64,000 nucleotides of DNA from Lysobacterales bacterium (GTDB lineage Bacteria; Pseudomonadota; Gammaproteobacteria; Xanthomonadales; Xanthomonadaceae), in NCBI GenBank assembly GCA_038242455.1, contig JBBSSB010000001.1, forward strand, positions 15,069 to 79,068, written 5' to 3'. The notes under the pieces were generated by a model that saw nothing but the letters and a program-made list of their open reading frames with translations, did not search any database and was not told the origin of the DNA. Numbering within the stretch: position 1 is the stretch's first letter; each line of letters opens with the position of its first letter. The position numbers and the translations under genes were made by a program. This document shows positions 44,702-56,971 of the stretch, one piece after another.

Positions 44702-45610
44702 ATGACCTATCAAGACATACTAAATAAATCGCGTGGTACCTGGGCGTCCCTTGCCCACCGCGCGCTCCAGGCGGCTATGCAACGCCCCCTTCACGCCAGT
44801 GCATTGTTGCTCGGTGGGGGTCTCGCCCTCGGGCTTGGCACAGGCTACGCGGCTAACCATGGTCTGCGTGACCAAGTGGCCCAACAGCACACCCAGATCA
44901 GCTCGGCCCAAGCCGATGCCCAACGCGAGATCAACGCATTGGCCGCTCGCCTGGGCGAACTTCAGGCTGAAGCCAATCGTCTCAATGCGCTGGGCGAGCG
45001 CCTGACCCGTATTGGCCAGCTTCAGGACGGCGAATTCGACTTCAACGAGCCTGTCGGTGTTGGTGGTGCTGGCCCGGTCGAGGACATGCCCAAGGTGGAA
45101 CTCGACCAGGGTTTGAATGAACTCGGCGCGCAGTTCCGTGCCTCCGGAGAGCAGCTCTCGGTGCTGGAGTCGTTGCTGTTCAACCGTCAGCTTGACATGA
45201 ATGCCGTACCTTCGCGCGAGCCGATCGAGAGCTACATCACCTCGAACTTCGGCCACCGTGCCGATCCATTCAACGGCGGCCGGGCGTTCCACAAGGGCAT
45301 CGATTTCAAGGCCCAGATCGGTGACCCGGTGATGGCAGTCGCCGACGGGGTGGTCAGCTATTCCGGCGTCCGCAACGGATACGGCAACACGATCGAGATC
45401 GATCACGGCAACGGCTACGTGACCCGGTATGCCCACAACTCGCGCCTCAGTCTCAATGTTGGGCGTCTTGTGCGTGCTGGACAGGAAGTGGCAAAGGCGG
45501 GCTCCAGCGGCCGCTCAACCGGGGCCCACGTCCACTTCGAGGTCTGGCAGGATGGCCAGGCTGTAAACCCGATGAAGTTCCTCAGCCAGCAGTCGCCGTT
45601 ACACGGCTGA
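44702..45610 (+). CDS. M23 family metallopeptidase with N-terminal TM and coiled coil
   Basis: ITSNFG.R.DPF, HKGID (HxxxD), TRYAH, STGAHVHFEV (HxH). Confidence 0.92.
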   Translation: MTYQDILNKSRGTWASLAHRALQAAMQRPLHASALLLGGGLALGLGTGYAANHGLRDQVAQQHTQISSAQADAQREINALAARLGELQAEANRLNALGERLTRIGQLQDGEFDFNEPVGVGGAGPVEDMPKVELDQGLNELGAQFRASGEQLSVLESLLFNRQLDMNAVPSREPIESYITSNFGHRADPFNGGRAFHKGIDFKAQIGDPVMAVADGVVSYSGVRNGYGNTIEIDHGNGYVTRYAHNSRLSLNVGRLVRAGQEVAKAGSSGRSTGAHVHFEVWQDGQAVNPMKFLSQQSPLHG

Positions 45611-45767
45611 TCCGGTCGCGCTCAGGGAAGATTTGCGCACGTGGGTGACGGCACGGACGACCTTGATAGGCGACCGTGCGCCCCCACGCTAGAATAGGCG
45701 TTTGCCAAGACAGGGCCCAGCGCCCTGTCTTAGTTTCCGCCGTCAAGTAAACCGACTGGAACCATCA

Positions 45768-48503
<2,736 letters not shown>

Positions 48504-48566
48504 CCTCGACATACCCGACAGACGGTGGATGCCAAGCGCATCCACCGCGCCGGTAGCCCATCGTTG

Positions 48567-49547
48567 ATGAGCGAGCATTTACCGCAGCGATTCGTGCGTG
48601 TGGTGGCCGGTGTGATCGAGGACGCCCGTGGACGGATTCTGCTGGCCCAGCGCACGGGTGCCAGCGACCTTGCCGGTCTCTGGGAGTTTCCAGGCGGAAA
48701 GATTGACCCCGGAGAAAGCCCGGAAGCCGCACTGGTCCGCGAGCTCGACGAAGAGCTCGGGATTCAGGCCGAGGTCGGCGATGCGCTGATCACCGTGCCA
48801 CAGGCCTATCCCGACAAGCGTCTGACCTTGGATGTCCGCCACGTCAAAACGTGGCAGGGAAGTGCACGCGGCCGCGAGGGACAAGCCCTGCTTTGGGTGC
48901 CGCCGCGAAAGCTGGCGAGCTACCGGATGCCGCCGGCGGACCGGCCAGTAGTGGCCGCTTTGCAACAGCCCGACCGCTATCTGGTGACGCCTGATGTTGC
49001 GGGCGGGGAGGGCGATGCGGCAATCGCTGCCGATCAAGCATGGCTGGACGCGCTGGCGACGACGCTGACGTCGGGGGTGCGCAGAGTCCAGTTGCGTGCG
49101 CCAACGGCCAATGCAGAGCGGTGGAGCCGGCTGGCGCGCGAGGCTGCAAAGCTGTGCCAAAGCGCATCAGTGGAGGTGCTTATCAATGGTGATGCGAAAC
49201 TGGCGGAAAGTCTCGGCGTCGGGGTCCACCTGCGCGCTAGCCAGTTGAGCGAGCATTCCATCCGTCCGGTTCCTGCGCACACGCCTCTAGGAGCGTCCTG
49301 CCATAACTTGGAGGACCTGCGCGCCGCCGAGGCGCTAGGCTGCGATTTCGTCGTGCTCGGTAGCCTCAAGCCGACACCGAGTCATCCCGGCAAGGACGGC
49401 ATAGGGTGGGAGGCGTTCGCGGCATTGCGTGAGCACGTGTCCCTGCCGATCTACGCGATTGGTGGGCTGGGCATGCAGGACTTCGAGGAAGCACGTGCAC
49501 ACGGGGCACAGGGCATCGCAGCGATTCGCAGCCTTTGGGCGGAGTGA
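48567..49547 (+). CDS. mutT: 8-oxo-dGTP diphosphatase MutT fused to thiamine-phosphate-synthase-like domain
   Basis: LWEFPGGK....E....ALVRELDEELG Nudix box; C-terminal VQLR, GVHL, GASCH, TPSHP, PIYAIGG. Confidence 0.88.
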   Translation: MSEHLPQRFVRVVAGVIEDARGRILLAQRTGASDLAGLWEFPGGKIDPGESPEAALVRELDEELGIQAEVGDALITVPQAYPDKRLTLDVRHVKTWQGSARGREGQALLWVPPRKLASYRMPPADRPVVAALQQPDRYLVTPDVAGGEGDAAIAADQAWLDALATTLTSGVRRVQLRAPTANAERWSRLAREAAKLCQSASVEVLINGDAKLAESLGVGVHLRASQLSEHSIRPVPAHTPLGASCHNLEDLRAAEALGCDFVVLGSLKPTPSHPGKDGIGWEAFAALREHVSLPIYAIGGLGMQDFEEARAHGAQGIAAIRSLWAE

Positions 49548-49571
49548 TCCGCGCAAGTGGGGCCTAGCACC

Positions 49572-50192
49572 TCAGTTACGAGCGGCTAGCGCGAGCGCAC
49601 CGTAAGTCTGATCCAGCGCCGCGATGTGTGCATCCAGTGTGTCCAGTGGGCCATCGTTCGCGATGATGTCATCCGCAATCGCCAATCGTTGTTCGCGACT
49701 TGCCTGGGCGGCAATCATCGCATCTGCCAACGCGGCGTCAGCGCTGTCCCGCTGCATCAGACGCTCGTGCTGAACGGCCACCGGCACATCGACGACCAGA
49801 ATGCGGCCCAGCCAAGGGTAGGCGTCCCGGCCTCCACCCTCAGCCAGCAGGGGGATCGCGGCGATGGCGTAAGGGCCATCGGCGAGCTCACACATTTGCT
49901 GCACAAGTGTGCGGACCCGAGGGTGGACGATGGCTTCAAGCCGCTTGCGCTCAGAAGGGTTGGTGAAAACCCGCTCACGCATGGCTGCGCGATCCAGTCC
50001 GCCGTCGCGATTGAGGACGGTTGGACCGAATGCGTCTACCAGTTCCGCCAATCCATCGGACCCCGGCGCAACCACCTCACGCGCCGCGACGTCAGCATCG
50101 GCGACAACGATCCCCAAGGCTTCGAATCGCCGGGTAACCTCGCTTTTCCCCGCGGCTACGCCGCCGGTCACGCCAATGATGTAATCGCTCAT
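49572..50192 (-). CDS. coaE: Dephospho-CoA kinase
   Basis: IGVTGGVAAGKS, DAD..AREVV, LDRAAMR, LEAIVHP, IPLL.E; start MSDYII. Confidence 0.95.
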   Translation of the reverse strand: MSDYIIGVTGGVAAGKSEVTRRFEALGIVVADADVAAREVVAPGSDGLAELVDAFGPTVLNRDGGLDRAAMRERVFTNPSERKRLEAIVHPRVRTLVQQMCELADGPYAIAAIPLLAEGGGRDAYPWLGRILVVDVPVAVQHERLMQRDSADAALADAMIAAQASREQRLAIADDIIANDGPLDTLDAHIAALDQTYGALALAARN

Positions 50193-50236
50193 GCCGCGCA
50201 GGATGCCATGTTGTGCCGCCTGCGCGGTGGCGGACG

Positions 50237-51100
50237 TCAGCGCAAGCCAGAAATACGCATGTAACCACCGATCAACTCGTCGCCCCAGAAGAAGATGATC
50301 CAGCCGGCAACCGCCAGGTAAGGACCGAAGGGGATCGGCGTGGCCTTGTCGCGGCCCTTGGCGGCAAGCCAGATTGAACCGAGGATTGCGCCGACCAGCG
50401 ACGACAGCAGCACGGTCGGCAGGATGCCTGACAACCCGGTCCAAGCGCCGATGGCCGCCAGCAGCTTGAAGTCGCCGTGACCCATGCCTTCCTTGCCGGT
50501 GATCTGCTTGAACAGCCACCAGACCACCCACAGGCTCAGGTAGCCGACCACCGCGCCGATTACGGCCGGTTTTGCGGCTATGTATAGGTTGTCGACTGCG
50601 GCTATCAATCCGAGCCACATCAGCGGCAACGTCAATTGGTCAGGCAGCAACTGCGTTCGCAGGTCGATGCCCGACAGGGAAATCAGGAAGCCGGTGAACA
50701 CCATCGCCCCGAAGCCCTGCCAGCCGAAGCCGAAGCGTGCCACGCAGGCGACCATCAACACCGCCGTCAGCAGCTCAACCAATGGATACTGCGCGGAGAT
50801 GCCAGCTTTGCAGCTTCGGCACCGCCCACGCAGAGCCAGCCAGCTAACTACCGGGATGTTCTCGTACCAGGACAGCTGGTGCTTGCAGTTCGGGCAGTGC
50901 GAGCGCTCCACCACGATGCCCGGCGGCGGCGGATCGTAGGTCTCCGGCTCGCCGAGGATCTCGCGGCTGTCACGCTGCCACTGCCACTCCATCCTGCGTG
51001 GAATGCGCAGGATCACGACGTTGAGGAAGCTGCCCAATAACAGGCCGAAGCCGGCAATTAGCGGGTAGCCGATTGCGGGGTTCTGATCGAGAAATGCCAT
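50237..51100 (-). CDS. pilD: Prepilin peptidase/N-methyltransferase PilD
   Basis: GSFLNVVI.R.P, two CxxC motifs, LLPD, EGMGHGDFKL, IPFGPYL. Confidence 0.96.
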   Translation of the reverse strand: MAFLDQNPAIGYPLIAGFGLLLGSFLNVVILRIPRRMEWQWQRDSREILGEPETYDPPPPGIVVERSHCPNCKHQLSWYENIPVVSWLALRGRCRSCKAGISAQYPLVELLTAVLMVACVARFGFGWQGFGAMVFTGFLISLSGIDLRTQLLPDQLTLPLMWLGLIAAVDNLYIAAKPAVIGAVVGYLSLWVVWWLFKQITGKEGMGHGDFKLLAAIGAWTGLSGILPTVLLSSLVGAILGSIWLAAKGRDKATPIPFGPYLAVAGWIIFFWGDELIGGYMRISGLR

Positions 51101-51113
51101 TCGTTCGCGTGCC

Positions 51114-52373
51114 TCAGCCGACCACTGCGCCGAGCTTGAAGATTGGCAGGTACATCGCGATCACCATGCCACCAACAACCGTGCCCAAGAACACCATAAT
51201 CATGGGCTCAAGGAGACTGGATAGCGCGTCCACCGCGTTGTCGACTTCCTGTTCGTAGAACTCGGCTACCTTGAACAGCATCTCGTCCAGCGCACCGGCT
51301 TCTTCACCGATACCGACCATCTGCACCACCATGTGCGGGAACACGTTGACCTGCTTCATCGCCATGTTGACCGAGTAACCAACGGCGACATCGTCGCGGA
51401 TGCGGTAGACGGCCTTCTCATAGACGATGTTGCCGGTTGCGCCCGCAACGGTGTCAAGGCCTTCGACCAATGGCACGCCGGCCTTGAAAGTGACCGCCAA
51501 AGTACGCGCGAAGCGCGCAACGGCTGAGTTGTGGATGATCCCACCGACAACCGGCACTTTGAGGATCAGGCGGTCAAGGAAGAACTGAAACGCCACAGAG
51601 CGATTCTTGGTCATGATGAATGCAACCACGGTGGCTATCAAAACCAGCAGGATCAGCCACCACCAGGACACCATGAATCGGCTCAGTTTAATGACCAGCA
51701 TGGTGAATGCGGGCAGCTCAGCACCGAAGCTTTTGAAAACGTCCTCAAACATCGGCACGACGAATACCAGCAGAATCGCGCTGACGATAAGTGCCACCCC
51801 GACAACGGCAGCCGGGTAGAACATGGCCTTCTTGATCTTGCCTTTCAGCGCCTCGGTGTTCTCTTTGTAGGTTGCGACCGTGTCGAGGACGGTCTCAAGC
51901 ACACCGGCGGACTCGCCTGCAGCGACCAGATTACGGAACAGCATGTCGAACTCGACCGGGTGCTTGCCCAAGGCCTCGCTGAACGATGATCCGCTCTCCA
52001 CGTCCGCCCGGATCGAGTTGACAAGAATCTGCATCTTTGGATTCTTGTTGCCGCTCGCAATGATCTCCAGTGCGCCGACGATGGGCACACCGGCTTTCAT
52101 CATGGTGGCGATCTGGCGACTGAAAATCGCGATATCGAGTGGCGTTACCCGTTTGCCGGCACTGAACAGCGGCTTGGGCTTGACCTTCACGACTCTCGGC
52201 GTGATGCCTTGCCGGCGCAATTCCGCACGCACGAAGTTCGCGTTCTTCGCGGTCTGTTCGCCCTTCATGACGATGCCGCGCTTATCGGTACCTTCCCAAA
52301 CAAAGAGCGGCGTCGCTTCTGCGCGGCGGACGGCCGCAGCGGGTTTCTTGACGGCGGTGCGGTTCACTGACAT
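51114..52373 (-). CDS. pilC: Type IV pilus platform protein PilC
   Basis: FSRQIATMMKAGVP, AGESAG.L, AMFYP, IGEEAGALDEML, AMYLPIFKLG. Confidence 0.96.
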   Translation of the reverse strand: MSVNRTAVKKPAAAVRRAEATPLFVWEGTDKRGIVMKGEQTAKNANFVRAELRRQGITPRVVKVKPKPLFSAGKRVTPLDIAIFSRQIATMMKAGVPIVGALEIIASGNKNPKMQILVNSIRADVESGSSFSEALGKHPVEFDMLFRNLVAAGESAGVLETVLDTVATYKENTEALKGKIKKAMFYPAAVVGVALIVSAILLVFVVPMFEDVFKSFGAELPAFTMLVIKLSRFMVSWWWLILLVLIATVVAFIMTKNRSVAFQFFLDRLILKVPVVGGIIHNSAVARFARTLAVTFKAGVPLVEGLDTVAGATGNIVYEKAVYRIRDDVAVGYSVNMAMKQVNVFPHMVVQMVGIGEEAGALDEMLFKVAEFYEQEVDNAVDALSSLLEPMIMVFLGTVVGGMVIAMYLPIFKLGAVVG

Positions 52374-52569
52374 AGCGTGTTTCCCCAGTATCACTTGTTT
52401 ATTCCAACACTGCGGCGGGCGCGCAATGGCGCGCCGACCTCTGTGGTTCGCTGCTATCCCCAAGCATCGAACCGCCTGCACCGCCCCACAGCGTCAACCG
52501 GGACATGCCGCAGGCCAGCATATCCTGACCCGCGGCGTCGCGGTAGCAACCGGGGTCACATCTACTACA

Positions 52570-54300
52570 TCAGTCTTTTGTCACCCGGTTGATCTCAGCG
52601 AGGCTGGTAACGCCGTTGCGGACCTTGAGCAGCGCCGAGTCGCGCAGATCACGCACCCCGGAACGCTTTGCCGCCTCCGCGATCTGCATCGCGTTACCAC
52701 CAGCTAGAATAATCGCCTGGATCTCGTCAGACATGGGCATGACCTGATAGATGCCGGTACGCCCCTTATAGCCTTCGGTACAGTCGGGGCAGCCGGCTGC
52801 CTCGAAGATCTGGAAGTCGGGTGCGGCAATCTCTTCCGCAGTGAATCCCTCGGCAAGCAGCGCATGCTCCGGCAGTACCACTGGGCGTTTGCAAGTATGT
52901 AGCCGGCGCGCAAGGCGCTGGGCAATCACCAGCGTAACGGACGAGGTGATGTTGAACGGCGCCACGCCCATGTTCATCAGGCGGGCAATCGTCTGCGGGG
53001 CATCGTTGGTATGCAGCGTGGACAGCACCATGTGACCGGTCTGGGCAGCTTTGATGCCGATCTCGGCAGTTTCCAAGTCACGGATCTCACCGACCATGAT
53101 CACGTCCGGATCCTGACGCAGGAAGCTGCGCAGCGCGGCGGCGAAGGTCATGCCGCGCTTCTGGTTCATCTGCACCTGGTTGATGCCGGGCACGCGGATT
53201 TCGACCGGGTCCTCGACCGTGGAAATATTGCGCGTCTCGTCGTTGAGGATGTTCAGCGCGGTGTACAGCGACACCGTTTTACCCGAGCCGGTCGGGCCGG
53301 TCACCAGCACCATGCCGTAGGGGCGTTTGACCGCGGCCAGGAACAGGTCGCGCTGGTCGTCCTCGTAACCGAGTTTTTCGATACCGAGTTTGGCCGCGCT
53401 GCCGTCAAGAATACGCAGCACGATCTTCTCGCCGAACAGGGTTGGCAGGGTGCTTACCCGGAAGTCGATCTGCTTGGTCTTGCTGAGGTTGAGCTTGATG
53501 CGGCCATCCTGCGGAATCCGGCGCTCGGCGATATCCAGCTGGGCCATGACCTTCAGGCGCGCGGATATGCGTGGCTGCAGCTTCACCGGCACTTTGGCCG
53601 ACAGCTTCAACAGCCCGTCAATGCGCAGACGGACGCGATACTCGGTCTCGTACGGCTCAAAGTGGATGTCCGATGCGCCGCGGCGGATTGCATCCACCAG
53701 CACCTTGTTGATGAATTTGACGACCGGGGTGTCGTCGGTCTTGGGATCGACACCGCTTTCGGTGGACAGGTCGTCCTCTGCGCCGCCGACATCCAGGTTT
53801 TCCAGGCCGTCGTCGTCGTCCCCCATCGCGTCGCCAAGCGTGTCGGCGCGTTCCAGCCAGCGGTCGAGGTGTCGCTTGATGCTCTCCTCATCGACCAGGA
53901 TTGCCTCGACCGTGAAATTGGTCTGGAACTTGATCTCCGACAGGGCATGGGTGTTGGTTGGCTCGGCGATGCCAACAAACAGCCGGTTGCCTCGCTTGAA
54001 CAGCGGCAGCACGGTGTGCTTACGCAGCAGTTCTTCTTTGACCAGGGTGATTGCCGATTGCTCGGGGTCCATCGCCGCAGCATCGAAAAGCGGCACGCCG
54101 AACTCGACTGAGTTAGCCGCGGCCAGATGCGCCGGGGCGACCAGACGCTTGTCAATGATGTAGGAGGCCAGCGGTGTGCGCTGTTCACTGGCCGCGGCCA
54201 TGGCGTCACGGGCGGCGGACTCCGACAGCGCGCCGTCCTGCACAAGCCGCCGTGCGATGCCGGTGATCCCTACCAAGTTGGCGGTGGGTACGGAATTCAT
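52570..54300 (-). CDS. pilB: Type IV pilus assembly ATPase PilB
   Basis: ASDIHFEP, GPTGSGKTVSLY, FLRQDPDVIMVGEIRD, GHMVLSTLHTN. Confidence 0.97.
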   Translation of the reverse strand: MNSVPTANLVGITGIARRLVQDGALSESAARDAMAAASEQRTPLASYIIDKRLVAPAHLAAANSVEFGVPLFDAAAMDPEQSAITLVKEELLRKHTVLPLFKRGNRLFVGIAEPTNTHALSEIKFQTNFTVEAILVDEESIKRHLDRWLERADTLGDAMGDDDDGLENLDVGGAEDDLSTESGVDPKTDDTPVVKFINKVLVDAIRRGASDIHFEPYETEYRVRLRIDGLLKLSAKVPVKLQPRISARLKVMAQLDIAERRIPQDGRIKLNLSKTKQIDFRVSTLPTLFGEKIVLRILDGSAAKLGIEKLGYEDDQRDLFLAAVKRPYGMVLVTGPTGSGKTVSLYTALNILNDETRNISTVEDPVEIRVPGINQVQMNQKRGMTFAAALRSFLRQDPDVIMVGEIRDLETAEIGIKAAQTGHMVLSTLHTNDAPQTIARLMNMGVAPFNITSSVTLVIAQRLARRLHTCKRPVVLPEHALLAEGFTAEEIAAPDFQIFEAAGCPDCTEGYKGRTGIYQVMPMSDEIQAIILAGGNAMQIAEAAKRSGVRDLRDSALLKVRNGVTSLAEINRVTKD

Positions 54301-54408
54301 GGATGCCCCCTGCTGGTTCAGGCTACAACTCTACTGCAATCACGTGCGTTGTCAGCGCGCCGGATTCCATTGTTGCGACGTATGGCCGCAAAGTACTTGG
54401 CGTGACAT

Positions 54409-54439
54409 AAAAAAAGCCCCTCCGAAGAGGGGCTTCTTT
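54409..54439 (-). terminator. Intrinsic terminator after pilA
   Basis: AAGCCCCTC-cgaa-GAGGGGCTT hairpin with a 7-A run at 54409-54415 (U-tract on minus strand). Confidence 0.88.
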
Positions 54440-54493
54440 AAACAAGCTGCATCAAGTCATCAAGTCAAATAGTGCCTGACTTGCCTGCTCGAA

Positions 54494-55015
54494 TTAGCGG
54501 CACTCGGCCGGTGCGTACTTGGCCGGCAGGCTACCCAGGGTGAAGGCGCCCAGTCCACGGCTGACTGCAGTCTCGCTGGTGGCAGAGGTGCAGGCCCAGT
54601 CGATGGCACCGGAGTTCGCCGGGTCAAGTGCAACATTCTGCACGTTGGGGGTATAGACAAGCGTCTTGCCCTGCGCGGCAACCGGAAGACCCGAGCCCGT
54701 GACGTTGGTCATGGTGACGGTGATGGCGCCGGTGCCGCTGTCAATCGTAATATCTTCGATGTACTTGGTTGCTTTCTCGGTGGCGAGGATAGCGTTATAC
54801 GTATTGGCGGCTGCAAGCACACCCGGCAGACCGTCGGTCTGGAACGCTTCGCTGATCAGCGCCTTCGGCGAAGTCGCGCCGATCACTGCTTCACTGACCT
54901 TCGCGCGGACGGTGTAGTCCTGGTAAGCCGGCAGAGCAATCGCGGCGAGGATCGCGATGATCGCAACAACGATCATCAGCTCGATGAGGGTAAAGCCCTT
55001 TTGAACATTCTTCAT
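54494..55015 (-). CDS. pilA: Type IVa major pilin
   Basis: MKNVQKG|[27 protein letters not shown] prepilin motif; C-terminal disulfide loop; GGGGA RBS. Confidence 0.96.
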   Translation of the reverse strand: MKNVQKGFTLIELMIVVAIIAILAAIALPAYQDYTVRAKVSEAVIGATSPKALISEAFQTDGLPGVLAAANTYNAILATEKATKYIEDITIDSGTGAITVTMTNVTGSGLPVAAQGKTLVYTPNVQNVALDPANSGAIDWACTSATSETAVSRGLGAFTLGSLPAKYAPAECR

Positions 55016-55114
55016 TTTGTTTCCCCTAGGAGTGGTTGGTGTTTCACGTACCTGCAGAACCGGCGTTCCGGTCCTTGGGCAGCACTGCTCTTTTGGCACG
55101 TGCCCTATAGGCAA

Positions 55115-55131
55115 CGCATGGACCGTGCCAA
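55115..55131 (-). promoter_or_regulatory. Sigma-54 (-24/-12) promoter of pilA
   Basis: Minus strand TTGGCAC-GGTCC-ATGC, matching TGGCAC-N5-TTGC, about 100 nt upstream of the pilA start. Confidence 0.8.
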
Positions 55132-55200
55132 GTATCGTTTTTTGGGCTTTCGGGATGAAACTGATTGCCCCGTCACGTTTCGGCGCCGGCTTCAATCGCG

Positions 55201-55251
55201 AATGTGACCAAAGATGTCACATTGTGAGCGGAATGTGACGTTAATAGTCAC
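55201..55251. promoter_or_regulatory. Tandem GTGAC-N7-GTCAC palindromes, candidate enhancer (PilR-type) sites
   Basis: aatGTGACcaaagatGTCACatt and atGTGACgttaataGTCACta, 70-120 nt upstream of the sigma-54 promoter. Confidence 0.6.
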
Positions 55252-56102
55252 TATTGCGTTGCGTCATCGCTGAGAGCCACGTTGATGACCACCAGCGGCG
55301 CCGGCTTCAGCTTTCTCATCATCCGGCTCCACCAGCTCTGGCTGTGGTTATGGCTGTACAACGGGCGATGCCGCTGCAGGTCCGCGCTCAAGGTTCCTTC
55401 GGGCCCCATCTTGGCGAGTTTGTCTTCCGTGTAGAAGACCTGGCCGGGACGCATCAGTCGGCGCGATTCTGCGCTGATCCGCTCCATGTGACTGTGCTCG
55501 GACCGGGCTTTCAGCGCCACTACGACATCAGGCACGCCGCCATTGCCGACCAATGCCAGTGCCAGCCGTGCTTCGCTGATGTCGGCGTTTGCGCGGCAGT
55601 AGTCGTAAAGCCAGTGGGCGAACTCGGTGGGATAGGCCGCGCGGATGGCCGCCTCACTCGGTGGCTGGTGTGGTGCCTCGTTGCTGAGCAGCGACGCCAG
55701 CTTGGCGAGCAGATCAAGGGTGCGGGCTGGTATGAGGATGTCGTCGTCATTGGAGTCGCTGGTGACAATGAGCGCGGTGATGTGGCCTTGATCGGCAAAA
55801 CCGAGCAAGTCCTTTCCGGTGATGCTGATGAACTCGTTGTCCTCGGTTCCATCACCGGGAAGCGATTCGGCGAGCTCGCGGCTTGTAGCGAGCGTGACGT
55901 ACGACTCGTCGCCGTCCGCTGAATCGATGAAGCTGATGTGCAGTGCGCCGGGGGTTGTCGGGTCCCGCATGCCTCGGACGAACAGCGGCTGCGCGCTGAG
56001 ACGGGTGGTGAACGCCGTTACTTCGTCTGTTTTCGGGTTGCTTCCGAACGCTCTCTCACTGAGTTGGAACAGGCTTAGCTCGGCGGTGGTCTCTGACTGC
56101 AT
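55251..56102 (-). CDS. Hypothetical protein, SseB-like two-domain architecture
   Basis: GGAG RBS; N-domain L...PLFV...YVTLATS.E; C-domain YPTEF...L..YC......ISEARLAL; weak resemblance only. Confidence 0.55.
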   Translation of the reverse strand: MQSETTAELSLFQLSERAFGSNPKTDEVTAFTTRLSAQPLFVRGMRDPTTPGALHISFIDSADGDESYVTLATSRELAESLPGDGTEDNEFISITGKDLLGFADQGHITALIVTSDSNDDDILIPARTLDLLAKLASLLSNEAPHQPPSEAAIRAAYPTEFAHWLYDYCRANADISEARLALALVGNGGVPDVVVALKARSEHSHMERISAESRRLMRPGQVFYTEDKLAKMGPEGTLSADLQRHRPLYSHNHSQSWWSRMMRKLKPAPLVVINVALSDDATQ

Positions 56103-56167
56103 TGAAACGCTCCTTGTTGATCGGTGTACTTCCGTGTCTTGTCGCTACAGCACTGCGCCGGGGTGAT

Positions 56168-56971
56168 TCACTGGCTGGGAGAGTCCACCCCTTCCATCCG
56201 GAACGGCAGTGACACCAGCCGCATCCCCCGATTGACCTGGATGGCGAAGTGCAGGTGCGGGCCGGTGGTGAATCCGGTGTTGCCCGACCAGCCAATATGT
56301 TGCCCGGTGCGCACGCGCTGTCCCGGCTCCGCCACCGCGCCACGGTGTTGTAAGTGGGCATACAGCGCCATCGTGCCGTCGTCATGCAGGATGCGGATGA
56401 AGTTGGCGCGCTTGGCGTAGGCGCTGCGGTCCTGCCCGGTTGTGCGGAAGCGGTCTTCAGCCTGCATCACCGTGCCGTCGCGCGCGGCCAGCACAGGGGT
56501 CCCCTCCGGGGTGGCGAAGTCGATCGCGTAGCGGTTCTCTTCGTCGTCGTGGCTGAAGTTGCCGTCGTAGCCCTGATCAATGACTGGCGAGCCGGTCAGC
56601 TTGAGCGGGAGCAGATAGGTCACGTCGCGGGGCCGGGCGCTGGGGTTGCCGGGAACGCTTTCCAGGCTGAGGTCGAGCTTCACCTCCCGAGATGAGTCGG
56701 TGGCCTGAAACACCGCCACCACAGTGCTTTGTCCGGCTGGCACGGTTGCGCGGGCCGGCAGTGCCGGTGCGGCGTCGGTGTTGTGGCGCCGGCGATAGCG
56801 CAACATCACCTCGATCGGGCCCTCAACAAGATTGTCGGCCCAGGCGTAGTAGCCATCGTCTGTGGCCTCGATGCGTAACCGCGCGGTGGATTCGCTGGCG
56901 TTCACGGGCAGCGCCGCCACGGTGATCAGCACCGCCGCCGCGCCGATCATCCATTGACAGCAGCGATTCAC
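56168..56971 (-). CDS. Secreted M23 family peptidase
   Basis: Signal peptide; QGYDGNFSH, YAIDF..PEGTPVLAARDG, LYAHL, SGNTGFTTGPHLHF; GTG start overlaps phytase stop. Confidence 0.88.
   Translation of the reverse strand: MNRCCQWMIGAAAVLITVAALPVNASESTARLRIEATDDGYYAWADNLVEGPIEVMLRYRRRHNTDAAPALPARATVPAGQSTVVAVFQATDSSREVKLDLSLESVPGNPSARPRDVTYLLPLKLTGSPVIDQGYDGNFSHDDEENRYAIDFATPEGTPVLAARDGTVMQAEDRFRTTGQDRSAYAKRANFIRILHDDGTMALYAHLQHRGAVAEPGQRVRTGQHIGWSGNTGFTTGPHLHFAIQVNRGMRLVSLPFRMEGVDSPSQ

Noticed and set aside
48567-49547. MutT-ThiE-like fusion as a novelty
   Set aside because: Known fusion downstream of secA in Pseudomonas, Xanthomonas and relatives
49572-50618. 348-aa extended coaE ORF
   Set aside because: The extension overlaps pilD in another frame; the real protein starts at MSDYII (50192)
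54494-55195. 233-aa pilin with a long leader (type IVb-like)
   Set aside because: ATG at 55015 has an RBS and a short IVa leader; the upstream part contains the sigma-54 promoter
55221-55232. ATTGTGAGCGGA, a 12-nt match to the lac operator
   Set aside because: The rest of lacO (TAACAATT) is absent and no vector sequence flanks it; it lies between the native GTGAC palindromes, so a chance match is likely
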